DNA from: Euglena gracilis
Taxonomy: Eukaryota
DNA: 64,000 bases
Assembly: GCA_039621445.1 (NCBI GenBank)
Contig: CP154954.1
Coordinates: forward strand, 15,828,140-15,892,139
Direction of reading: 5' to 3'
Shown here: one piece after another, positions 11,863-23,384 of the stretch
Numbering within the stretch: position 1 is the stretch's first letter
Layout: the number at the start of each line of letters is the position of its first letter
Program-made: the position numbers and the translations under genes
The notes under the pieces: generated by a model
The model's database searches: none
What the model saw: only the letters and a program-made list of their open reading frames with translations
Told to the model about the DNA's origin: nothing

Positions 11863-13704
11863 CTGGGGGAAGACGTAGCTGGGGGATGGTGTTGCGGCCA
11901 GGCTGCTGTTCTTATTGAACATGCGCTGGGTGGCTTTGCATTCTTGTCCCTTTCAATAGCTGTCCCCCAACCTCAGCACCGCCAAGCAGGGGTTTTCTAA
12001 GAGAAATCCACCAGGCTTTTGCTTAAGGACCCGGGGGGGGGGTCCACTGGCTAGCCACTATTGCTGGAGGTGGGGAAAATGGACTGGCTAGACCCCCCTC
12101 CTCCCCGGGGGTCTCCCCCGGCTGGAAAAAATTCCTCCAGCGCTGCGCACCCAGGTGGGAATGAGGTTTTAATTGCATTTTTGGCTGATTTTGTTCCAAA
12201 AAGAAATCCCAAATTGGGCATTTTTGGCCATTTTGGGGGGCCAAAATTTTCGGCGCTTCGCGCCGGTCACTGGGACAAATTTTTACACTGGATGACCCGG
12301 CTAGCGGACCCCGCTCCTGGGGATTTCTACCAGCCAACACAATTTGGACCAGCTGCAGCCCAGCCCCCCCCCCCCGGATACTGCGAAACCTTTACCTCTA
12401 CGAGGAGGGGGGGTCCCGCGGACTGGCTGGAATAAGGATGCTGTGCCGCCTGCCCGGCTGGATCCCAGAAACCAGACAAAAAGGCCCAAATCCATCTGGG
12501 TTGCATTCAGCCAAAAATCTGGAGGTGAAAACCAAAAACCTCAAGAGTGCCGTTTTTTGGGGGCTGTTTTTGACTCCTTTTCTTCTAAAAAATTTTCCGT
12601 GCGTTTTCTTCCAAAAAAATTCTGGCCCATTCCTCTTCGCCACTGTCGCCAGTGGCGCAGTCGCCAGGCTGCCCCAACTTCATTTCAGTAGACCCGGGGG
12701 GGGGGGTGTTCAATGGAACGTCTTTGAAGTCTTGATTCTGATGAAATACGTTGAAGGTAACCCTGTTCCCCTGCATTGAGGAAGAAAACAGCCTTCTTGC
12801 AATCGCTTTAAAATATATGCGGTCGCGTTGCCCAGGAAACGATGCCCCAGCCCAGCAAGAGGGGGCAGCTGGCGGATGACGTGGGTTGCGAATGGGCGAG
12901 GACAAGGCTCCCCATCCAACCAGTGCGGACACACAAGAGGCAAAGGGCAGCAGAACGCAGTTTTTGATGGCGCGACCCAGATGGTTGTGTCCAGGTTGAT
13001 GCGCATGTTCCTCACCGAGCGACGTGACGAGGTCGAGGGTGAGATTGGTGCTGTCGAATGTCAAGCAGGTTGGAAGCACACCCCGGACGGTACGACAATT
13101 GGTACTGGTGCTGACGCACTGTCTCAATGGGTTAGGGTGCAGCTGCCCGTTAGGACAAGGAGTGATATTACATTACATACCACATACTGTGTTTGCCAGC
13201 CAACCGCACACAACACACTGACGAGTGTTCATGCGCGCATATGATGTTCTTGGACCTATGATGTTTTTGGGCGTGAGGCATGTTGGTATGTGCAATTGCA
13301 CACACAAACAAATTTTTGGTACATATTATGGATTCCATTCTGGTCTGGTGACAGGTCCCAGGAAAGGTAGAGACAGGGGATCTCCTGAAGGTGGGAGCAG
13401 CCACCCAATAACGGCGCACGTCCGCTGGCACCGATTTTAGGATCCCAACGGCCCTGCCTCTGGCCACAGCCTGGGCTCCGCTGCTGCAGCTACACTAGCT
13501 GCTGATGCTTCAGCACCCACCAGGCCGGCATCGACCTCCCCAGTGCAACAGTACCGTACCCACCGAAGCAGACATGTTGTTCACCAACCCATAATACCAG
13601 GTGTTAGAGGAGACAATGTGGTCATTGGGGTTGAACCCCTTCAGAAGCCACTAAAAGTGGTTGTTGAAGGGCCGAGTGATGCCGCTTTTTATTACTCCAT
13701 TGGT

Positions 13705-14355
13705 GGTTAATTTGTGCATTAGTGCGCCAGTGCGCAAATGACCCACTTCTGAATTTCTGCAAATGGCTCATTTGCGCCTTGGCGCCCACGAACAACGTGA
13801 TGTGCGCTTTAGCACAAACGAACCACCAGCGATTCACCGGCGTTTGACGGTTGTATATTTTGTCACAACGTTTATGAGCAAACTGTGTTCATGGGCATAA
13901 ATGCGCACACAAAAAATTTTGAGCGCGCTTTAGCTCCCAAGAACTGACGCCGTCGATAAACGGTGTGACAAACCCACCAAAATATACTTCTGGACGGCCT
14001 GCTGGTCTGCGCCGTCACAACCCAATTGTTTATCGACCACATCATCTTCGGCGCAAGCACACAATTTCATTTATGGGCGCAAATGCGCGCACAAACAAAA
14101 TTGTGTTTGTGCGCGCATTTGCACCCATCAAGACAATTTTGTTTGTGCGTGCATTAGCGCCCACGGTTTGTTTGCTAGGTTCTTTGCAACTAAACTGAAT
14201 TCCCAGTACAGGTTGGGCGGGAATTCCCCTCAGTTGGCTGTCCCCAAAACAGGAATTTGCTCATTTTTTGCCCTCTCTTGTCGCTGTGTTTCCAAAGCCC
14301 TAGTTACGCAGCCCAAAAAAGTTTCGTCTCAATTTTCACAAATGCGCAAACTAAC
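13705..14355. mobile_element. Foldback/MITE-like element with GCGCAAATG-type repeats
   Basis: GTTAATTTGTGCATTAGTG / CACAAATGCGCAAACTAAC inverted ends (16/19) and an internal near-perfect palindrome at 14073-14128. Confidence 0.5.
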
Positions 14356-14956
14356 ACAAAAAAAGGCTTAAATGCGAATTTGGCTACCTAAGATGCAACC
14401 CCATGAAAAAGGAGAGAGTTAACAACAAGGCCTGTCAACCATGGCAAGAATTTTGTGATACTACAGGGGAACACACGGTTTGCACATGGAACTTGCGGGG
14501 GAAGATGCAAGGCACAAAAACCCCCGACATTCGACCAGAGTGTATAATTCCACTGATATTTTGGGCAACGTGTCGGTCCAGCTGAGGTGCCTTGTGCTGG
14601 TCCATCCCAGAGGGCTTTGCACAAATGGCACAGCGACACCACGCCGGCTGACAACCAAAACACACAAACACACATGCACCCGCGAGCGCACGCACGCACG
14701 CACGCACACGCACACGCACACACACGCGCGCGCGCACGCACGTGCGTACAAGCACGCACAGCCACGTGTGGGCAGGAACAAACAGTGTACAGATGCGGCT
14801 TGCCAGGTAGGGCTGCAACGACCCAGCCACTGCCCCACACCTGAGATTATCCGCTTATTTAATTATTTAATTGATTAATTCAAGTGTTCATTATCATTAA
14901 TCTAATTATTTTGAGTAGCATTTCCCTAACGGATTTTTTGTTATTAATTTAATTTA

Positions 14957-15011
<55 letters not shown>

Positions 15012-15012
15012 A
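14957..15012 (+). repeat. (TTGA)n microsatellite
   Basis: Visible directly in the sequence. Confidence 0.95.
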
Positions 15013-17379
15013 TTTGCTTTTATTTTGTCAATTTAGAAGATGCATGAACTGACTAAGCCATCTCTTGAGGACCTCCTGGCCAGAGCATTGTTTTTAAGCA
15101 CCTTAAAAATCCTCAAAATGTCTTGCAATCTGCCTTACAGTTTTTGGCCAAAAATCCTTAAAAATTGGGACTAGCAGAATTTTCTTCTACTGAGCAAAAA
15201 TGAAATTGTCCAAAATTTTTTGCAAAAACAGATCAGGGAAGGAAAATGATTTCTGGCATCGCTAAAACATCATCCATTTGACCAAAATTCGAAGAAAAAA
15301 AAAAAAGAGGTTTGATTTTTTTTTGATTTCGGACTGTGCGCAAAAATCAAAAACGTTGGTTTGATGTCCAGACCGCCTTGGACCCTTAAAAAAAAAATGC
15401 CTTAAAATGCCTTAGGGGGGGAATGCCTCGGGGTTCAGGCCAATTTCACTGTCTGTCTGGAAAGCCAGCAGCTTGAGGCTGCCCCACCTTCTCCATCAGG
15501 GGGGGGGTCTGAAAAACAAAAGGGGGACAAGGGCTGGGACAAGGGACAAGGGAGGTGAGGTCTTGTGAACTGTTCCAGAAGTCCCAGTCAGGCGCATTTG
15601 AATACCCCCCCCCGGGGGAAGGCATCATCTGGCAAATACGAGTGGCCTTGGTGACAAATATCAGGGTCAGAAAATAATAATATTTTTGCAAAATTACACT
15701 GAAATAATGCATCTTTAATGAAATTCCTCACATATTTTTTGTGAGAAACACCAAAATATTTTCGCCATAACCACTCAATGGTCGAAGAAGGAAGGTGCTT
15801 CATGGATGAAAGTTAGGGCACACCAGAGCAGGTGTCAACTCAATATCCAAGGCACAATGACCTAGTTTGTGTGTTTGGGAACCTTCCAACGGCTGCCTCT
15901 TTAAGTTGGTGTATTGCTTGAACAATTCGGAGCAGGTGAGACGGAGGCCAGCAAGCTGTCATGAACACTTTGATCTTACAAAAAAAAGTGGGTTGTTTAG
16001 CACAATTGCGAAAAGGAACCACTTTTGCAGAAAAACTGAACAGCACGTTTGCGCAACTGCTAGAGCGGGCGGTTCCCACAAGGCTTAGGTGGTTCCTTTG
16101 CACTTACAAACCAAGCAGGTGCTCTTTAGAGGGTTAATCGAACATATCGAGGTTCGGATGGGGAAATTAGGAGTTGCCTGGAAATTCCAGTTTCAACCCA
16201 TGCCATTTTAAATGGTTTAAGATGGAACATGATGGGTTCAAACATGTATTCACACTGCAATGAGGGGGGGGGGGGCGCCATTTGTTGGCGCCATCCGTTC
16301 TCACACTGTAAAAACAAAACGTGATTAATCATTGATCAAACGTGATTAATAATTAGTCAAATAATTAAATAATTAATCAGCTAATTAAGTTGTTGACCCA
16401 AATTGGCTAGTTAACACACCAACTTTGTTCAAACCCCCCAAAAAACCTGGCGTGGTCCTTGCTCCTAACAGTGGCCAAATAACTTGGCGGCGGGTGGGGC
16501 AAAAAATGATGGTTCCAGTAACTTGGCACCCCCCCTTTTTAAGGCAAAGTTCCTTTATGACGTTGAAAAAAGGGCCGAAATAACCTGGCAGGGGGGGGGC
16601 AGGGCCAAAAGTTGGTTCCAGTAGCCTGGCACCCCACCAGGTTATTGGGGGGGGGGGGTTAGTGCGACCGCGGCGCCAAAGGCGCCACTGTCCCCGAGCA
16701 AGGGCGGTCTTTGACAAAAAAAAAGACTTCCCATCCCAGCACATTCAATGAAAAATTCGTAGGAAAAAGGAACGAAAAAATGGCCATATATTTTGGCGAA
16801 AATGGGTCGACTTCAGAGAAAAAAGTGATTTCTGGCACCCAAAACGTCAAAAAATGTGTTTTTGGATTTTTTCTTGTTTTTGACCCCGTTCAATCCCCGG
16901 ATTGGCCGGGGCCCTTAAGGGAAAAAACTTTCCGTCCCTTATTGCGCTGAGCTTGGGCTCCCCCTAAATTGTCCTTGTGAAAGAGGCTTTCAACAACAGG
17001 AAGCACAGAATTTTGTAGCGAGCCTCACTGCGCTAGTGTGAAACTACAGAAAAGTTCAAAGCAATTTGTATTTGATTGAAACTGGGCAGTTTTTTTTGGT
17101 CAATCCACCTGGGGTTAAAAATGAAAAACCAAATAAGAAATAAATATAAATATAACAATTAGCCACACTCACAAAAACAAATCAACTCGCATTCAGCACT
17201 GACACCATGAGGACATGCCCCGGGCATGTCCCAATGCCCTAATGTCATTATGGCATGTCTTTATGGCACAAAAAAGTGTGAGGATGAAAGACATTTGAAC
17301 TTCATGACGGCGTTGGGTCGTGGGGGAAACCATCGAGTGGGTGTGTTTATGACTTAAAAACGTCCGCATTCGGGGGGGG

Positions 17380-17655
17380 TATACCCACCAAGCTGTCACC
17401 TGACAGGTTGGCCAGTACCGGGGACCCTGACAACTTCCTGTCATGACAGGTTGGCTGGTACCAAGGACCCTGACAGTTTCCCGGGGGGACCCAGACATTT
17501 TCCTGGGCAAAGAATTTCAAGGGAAAATAAATGAAAATGACCCTGACAGGTTCGACGGTACCAGGGGCCGGTAACAGTTACCCTGACAGTTTCCTTGGCG
17601 GGACCCAGACCGGTTCTCGGGCATGATAATTTCCCAGGGTGGGGGGTAGGTATAA
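17380..17655. repeat. MITE-like segment with repeated GGTACC...CCCTGACAG units
   Basis: Five to six CCTGACAG-type units flanked by TATACCCACC / GGTAGGTATA. Confidence 0.45.
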
Positions 17656-18391
17656 TGCAACACTCTGACGTGGTTCTTTGACCAACTAAGACATGCTGCA
17701 CAAACACTCGAGTTCGTGGATTCTGTTTCCACTATCCTCCTGTCTCAGAATTCTTCGTTGTCAAGGCCTTGAAAAATGAAATTAACTTTGGGACGCTTGT
17801 CAAATAAACCACATGATAAATCATGCACCATTTTGAATCGTTCCTTTGCGTAATTGCGAACTTCACAACTTTTATTCTCCAGATCCAAACAGGTCGACTT
17901 AGGAGGCTGTTGGTTGATTTGAAGTGGTTCCTTTGTGAAATTGTGCAAAAAGAACAGAGAAGGTTCCTTTGAGAATTTGCACAAAGGATGGGTGTTACAG
18001 AGTCTCAACTTAAGTGGGGTGATGTGGCAAACCTGCCACACAGCTCAACAAACTGGTGGAAGCCCATCTGTGCTCTTTGTCCTTTTCATCTACGAGAAAC
18101 CTTCTCCAGGAGTTAGCTTCCACACAGGGGTTCAAAATTCCACAACATATTTTGAGGGGAAAAAAACACCAAATTCCGCCCTTTCCCAGGTTTCACCCCG
18201 AAAACTGTGGAACTGCACAGGCCGCCATGCAACCGGGAATTCAGAAGCCTAACTCCCTTGAAATCAAAAAACACTTTCCTTTGCGCAAATGTGCACGGGA
18301 ACACGAAGGCATAAACCCTACAAATATAAAGCCCCCCCCCGGCTTTGTATTTGGGTCAGATTTCAAGACCCTCAGAGGTTTTTTTTTTTTA

Positions 18392-18424
18392 NNNNNNNNN
18401 NNNNNNNNNNNNNNNNNNNNNNNN
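18392..18424. other. Assembly gap (33 N)
   Basis: Run of N. The equivalent sequence is resolved in copy B at ~52199-52245. Confidence 0.99.
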
Positions 18425-19826
18425 ATGTTGGGGGGGCTGAAACCTATTTCTAACACAAACGTTATGAATTATGGCAAATCCTGAACCGTGCAGTGACGGT
18501 ATCAGCAGGGATGCAGACCTGTCACCTTAGGGCTGTCTCCCCCTGCTTATCTGCCCCCCCCCCTTGCCCAACAACGGTTTCCTACAACCTGCGACATGGG
18601 GGAGGGGGGGGGGGGCTCAGAGGCACTCCCTCACCTGCAAGCCCAACCAAGGTTGATGGGTATATAGGTGGACGGTGTGCAACGGGGGGACCAAAGGAAG
18701 CACCCGGCCAAAGCCACTGCTTTGGTGCTGGCCCGCCTTTTCAGTCAAACGGAAAGGGGCAACCAGCAGCAGTAGCGGCTACCGGGGCGGGGGGGAGGGG
18801 GGGAAGGGGGGAGTTGTCAGTGATCCGGTTTGGAGTGCCGCCACGGCAAGCGTCAGCCATTCTCATTCCCATCGACCGCCATCCAGATGGGGAACTGGCA
18901 CAGATTCACTGAACCTCTGCGCGACCCATGTGGGGCAGGCTTTCAAAGGCAGGTGTTTGGAATTGGTGTTTGGCATGGTGGGGTGCTTTGAAAAATGGCG
19001 CTGGTGGGTCTGGGGGGGCGGGGGTGTTGGACTTAACTGGAGCCCGAAAGCAGCAAAAAAAAAAAAACAGTCCAAATACAGCTAGGTGGAGATTAGGGAA
19101 TTTCTTAAGGACCCCCCCCCAGGGGAGGGCCCAGCCTCCGGCTGGCAAAAAGGCTGCTGGCTGGACCCCCCTGGGGGGTGGGGGGGGGGGGGGGGGGTCC
19201 GGGGGTGGAGGGGGCTGGGCTGGGCTGGGTCGATGAAAACCAAAATTTTCTAAAACATTTTTTTCATTTTCGACATTTTGATGGATGGAGCTAGATCAAG
19301 GGCGGGGGGCTGTGATGGAGGAAGCTGTGATGAGGGGAAAACAAGCATGGATAGGTGAGCTGGGCAGCCCAGCTGGCTGGCCAGCCTGCGGCCGCCTGGC
19401 CCGGCCTCCGGCCGCCTGGCCCGGCCTCCGGCCGGGCTGGACCCGACCGGGGGGAGCAGTTTTTCCCAGGCCCAAACCCACCCAGAATGTTTCCCGCAAA
19501 AAAAATCCCATTCGACGTTTTTCCCCCTCCGGTGTCTCCTTGCCTCTCCAGTATCGCCTTGGATGTGAGGAATGGCTGGGGCTGTCAGCAAGTCCAACTG
19601 GCCTGGGAGGGTGGACGTGCCACCCATCCATAGAACAAGCCGCTGATGGCGCAAAAAAGCCAATGGCTGGGGTGGGCGGAGGGGTCCAGGCCCACATGGG
19701 TGGCAGTTGCAGCACAGGGTTGTCCTGCCTCATATTTGCCGGGGAAAAAAAACAAACCAACAACCTCTGGGAAAACGTCTCCAGACAAGTCAGGTGAGAG
19801 ACACAGGTACACAGGTCCAGAGAGAG

Positions 19827-20205
19827 GTAAACCCCCCCTAATTGTAGAGCGGGTGCTCTTGTAGTGGACGCTCGCTTCGCCAGAGGTGGGGTGCTCTTCT
19901 TCTTGTAATGGACATCACACACATTTTCCTACAGCCTCCCTTCCTCCACCTAAACCGGCAACCAAGTGCCAACGGCAGCCGACGTTGGGGGAATTGTTCA
20001 GCCGCTGAGCTCTGGGAAGCTTGTCTTTTTGAGGCAAGTTACAAACCTTTTCACAATCACATGGAATGACTTGCCTCGCTTCTGCTTCCATTGGTTTTCC
20101 AGGGGGATGCTCTTGTAGTGGACGCTCGCTTCGCCAGAGGGGGGGTGCTCTACTATTTGGACCCTGCTCTTGTACAGGGCACGCCCTACTATTAGGGGGG
20201 GTTAC
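19827..20205. mobile_element. Degenerate MITE with ~24-bp TIRs (Tc1/pogo-like termini)
   Basis: GTAAACCCCCC(C)TAATTGTAGAGCG versus CGCCCTACTATTAGGGGGGG(G)TTAC, plus an internal ~44-bp direct repeat (19853-19897, 20108-20151). Confidence 0.6.
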
Positions 20206-21399
20206 ACAGGTGGAAACAGGTCCCTAAAAGGGCAGATCAGCGTGTATGGGGGTAGAGGACAGTTTCCGGGGAGGGGGGGGGGCAGGTATATGCATCAGCC
20301 TGTGCTACTGGCCTTGTCCCATTGAGAAATGATTTTTGTCATCATAAATTACCTTTACAACAGAGCAACAAAGGGAAGGTTCTCTCTATCTATGAGTTCA
20401 AAAATGTGAGATATTTAGATCGTTTCCAGGGTTTTTAAACCTGGAGGGAGGGTAAATCGTGCAGAGAAAAAAATGAGCAACTCTGGGGGGAGCAGCAGCT
20501 GGTCACTTAGAAAATTAGAGAAGACTAAAAGTTGATGAAAAAGATTGTGGAAAAAATAGTTTGATGAATTTTCTATTCTGGATGATTATTTTTGCTAAAG
20601 ATTAATAATCAACTATTTTTTGCACTCTTTTGCCACGTGTCGATCAGTTTTATACTTACGCTTCATTGAAAGAATCGAACAAATGAAGGCTGTTTTCCAT
20701 CAAAATGCCAACATTTGCCGACATCCATGCATTCTCTGGCCATCAAGACCAGTTAACAACCATTTTTGATCAATTTAGGATGGATCCTTCATAGGAGGGT
20801 GTCAAGGAATTGACAGTGGTCGAAAATTAAATTAAAAAATTGAAAAAAATAAAAAAAAGAAATCAACAAGTGTGAAGAAATTAAGGTAAGAGTTGGGGGA
20901 CTTTACCAAAATTTCTCTCCGCCCGATGAGGCGGGGGACGCCGGACTTGCCGGAGCGGACCAGAAAGCCGGCTGTGTCGTGGCAGAAAAGACCACCGCAT
21001 GAGACCATCACAAGAGGTTCATTATTTACGGGATTCGGGCGACACAACTTCAGAAAGTAAATATCAAATAATTTTCACTCCGAGGCCGCCGCGGGAGAGG
21101 GCTTATCATTGTGGGCATATGCCAGACAGAGCCAAAACAACCTTCAAAATAAAAGGAAGGCAGTTCCCTCCCCCGTCCAGTCTCGAGCCTGGCCATGGGA
21201 ACAAAATTCATGAGAACCCCGCGCTGTCTCCTGTCGAGACGAGGGGAAAATACAGAGTCATTGCATCACCCTTGCTGCAGCAAGGGCATTGGAAACCCCT
21301 CGGGTGCCATCCACAAGAGGGGGAATTTCGCCCAGAAAACCACATTTTTTTGACCAGTTGAGTCGTTCAGCCGTTCTGTTCATTTTTTTTTATGCATGA

Positions 21400-21620
21400 G
21401 TTGGCCGAGTGCAAATGACCAAGTGGCCCAACTGCGTGACCAAGGGCACCAAAGAAAATCTGCACCCGAGTAATCTGGGGACGTTTTATCCTCAACCCTG
21501 AGGAGTGTGTGAACACCAGAACCCACCCGCCACCCCAGCTACCCAAACAGTCCCACAGTGCATTGATGGGCTGATATGGAAAGGCAGCACACAAATTTTG
21601 TCGGAATGGCAGCAGCAGAC
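21400..21620 (-). CDS. Pair of probable small exons separated by a GT-AG intron
   Basis: tttcAG acceptor, LLLPFRQNLCAAFPYQPINALWDCL, GTagct...cctcAG intron, then GLRIKRPQITRVQIFFGALG in the same phase. Lower boundary is approximate. Confidence 0.35.
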
Positions 21621-21984
21621 CTGAAACTCAGGTTGGAGGGGCTGTTCGGCAGCTTCCTTCCCCAGGGTTGGGCGGGAAGGCTGGGAGGGGGGAAAGCCAC
21701 AAAAGGACACTGCAAAGATGGAGTTTCAACACCAACCAAGGCCGGGTCCTGGCATCCAACACCCCAGGAGGCAAGCCAGAGGTCAGAGGGCTGCGAAGTG
21801 CCCGCAAGGCAGGAACCCCGCACCGCTTGAACCGAACCAGGGGCCACTGGGCTTCGGCTGCGGAGGACACACTCAGAGCATTGGGCAGGTGGGTGCCTGA
21901 CCGGGGTGTTGGTGAGGGAGGTTTGACACACGGGTGCCGGCCAAAGAACCCGGAAGCTACTGGATGTATGCGGCGCCTCATGTT

Positions 21985-22144
21985 ATCTTATTTTTATTAT
22001 TTTTGTTATCATTTATTTTATTGCTTTTATTATAGTTATTATTATTATTATTATTATATTATTATTATAGTAGTCGTAGTAGTAGTAGTAGTAGTAGTGT
22101 AGTAGTCGTCGTGTAGTAGTAGTAGTAGTATCGTAGTAGTAGTC

Positions 22145-22177
<33 letters not shown>

Positions 22178-22335
22178 ATTAAGTAGTAGTATTAATATTA
22201 TTTTATTATTATTTATTTATTTATTATTTATTATTTATTATTTATGTATTTATTTATTTATTTCTTCATTTCATTCTTATTATTCATTTATTTATTTATT
22301 TTATTATTTATTTTATTATATTTTTTTTATTATTG
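21985..22335 (+). repeat. Compound (TTA)n-(TAG)n-(TTTA)n microsatellite
   Basis: Visible directly in the sequence; copy B ~55800-56160. Confidence 0.93.
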
Positions 22336-22922
22336 CCTCCTGTGCTATTTTATTTTTTGCTATTTTTTGGCGTGGCAAGCTGCAAAGCTGGAAAAGAAAA
22401 GCGTGGCAGCAGATGGGCGCCTCTGTGCCACACATTGTTGCCAGGAGGCTGGATTTGACCACCCCGGGGTGAGGAAGGGGACATCGGAGTTCCGGGTGCA
22501 TTTCCAGGCAGGGACTACCCCCCGGGTCGCACCTACCACAAAAAAAATTGCCCGGAACAGAACCTTTTTGGGATTCCAGCAACATATGCACCGGCGGTGG
22601 GGGGGGGGTGTCGACCCCACCACCCATAGGGTTCTGGGCACTCCCGTACCCCGGGGGGTCGTGAAACAGATCAACCGAAAAGGTACTCAAACCCCACTGT
22701 TCATCATTTCTGGAAATTCGAGGATATTGTTTCACCAGGGTTGCCTGAGAAAGAGACGTTGTGAAACCTCTGTAGGCCCATCAACGGTGCTTTGCATCAG
22801 ACACTTTCAGCCCGACCCACACCCGGGCCCTAGCGTGAGACTGGCTGTTCCGCATGAAAAACGTCTGTGTGCTAATTTGTGAAGCCATTTCCTTTCTCCC
22901 CACCAATCATCCTTATCCTTAC

Positions 22923-23384
22923 CATGGGCTTGAACTTTTTCGCTTGAACCTTGGCCTTGGGTCTGGGTGAAAAGCACAGCGGAGCTCCACACTTGTGGCA
23001 TAAAAAATGAGCGGCTCCTGCCGTCAGGGTTTGAACCATGCTTGTGCTTACCAACCGGGGGGGGGGTGGATGCTCTAGGGTGCCTGCCCCTAGCAGGCAC
23101 ACCCCCAGGGGGGGGGTCCGGGGGGACCCAGAAAATTTTCATTGAAAATGGCCTTTTCCGGGCCCCCGGCGCCAAAGGCGCTGGGGTCGGAGGGGGGGTG
23201 CCTGCTAGGGGCAGGCACCCCCAAAACCCCACCCCCCGGGGGGGGGGTCGGATTGGGTGCTATGGGGTGCCTGCCCCTAGCACCCCCCCCTGTGGGGTAG
23301 GCACCCGACTAAGCACAAGCCTGGTTTGAACCAAACTTGTCAGGGTGAGCAACCCGACGGAAGCTACCACACGTTCCCCTCCAG
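22923..23384 (-). CDS. Probable exon interrupted by a MITE (23037-23323)
   Basis: Pyrimidine-rich ...ttccttgttgtgcaAG acceptor upstream and a GTAAGG donor at ~22922. Two frames stay open once the MITE plus one TSD are removed, one reading FRRVAHPDKFGSNPDG. Confidence 0.45.
23037..23323. mobile_element. hAT-type MITE (287 bp)
   Basis: TIR CATGCTTGTGCTTA / TAAGCACAAGCCTG and perfect 8-bp TSD GTTTGAAC (23029-23036, 23324-23331). Internal GGGTGCCTGCCCCTAGCA repeats in both orientations. Confidence 0.9.

Noticed and set aside
15980-16130. LLERAVPTRLRW resembling the hAT transposase xxTRW motif
   Set aside because: A single weak motif in a short frame bounded by stops, with no other hAT blocks recognisable.
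19853-20151. Two ~44-bp direct repeats, superficially CRISPR-like or LTR-like
   Set aside because: Only two units, ~210 bp apart, inside a TIR-bounded element; no cas genes and a eukaryotic context.
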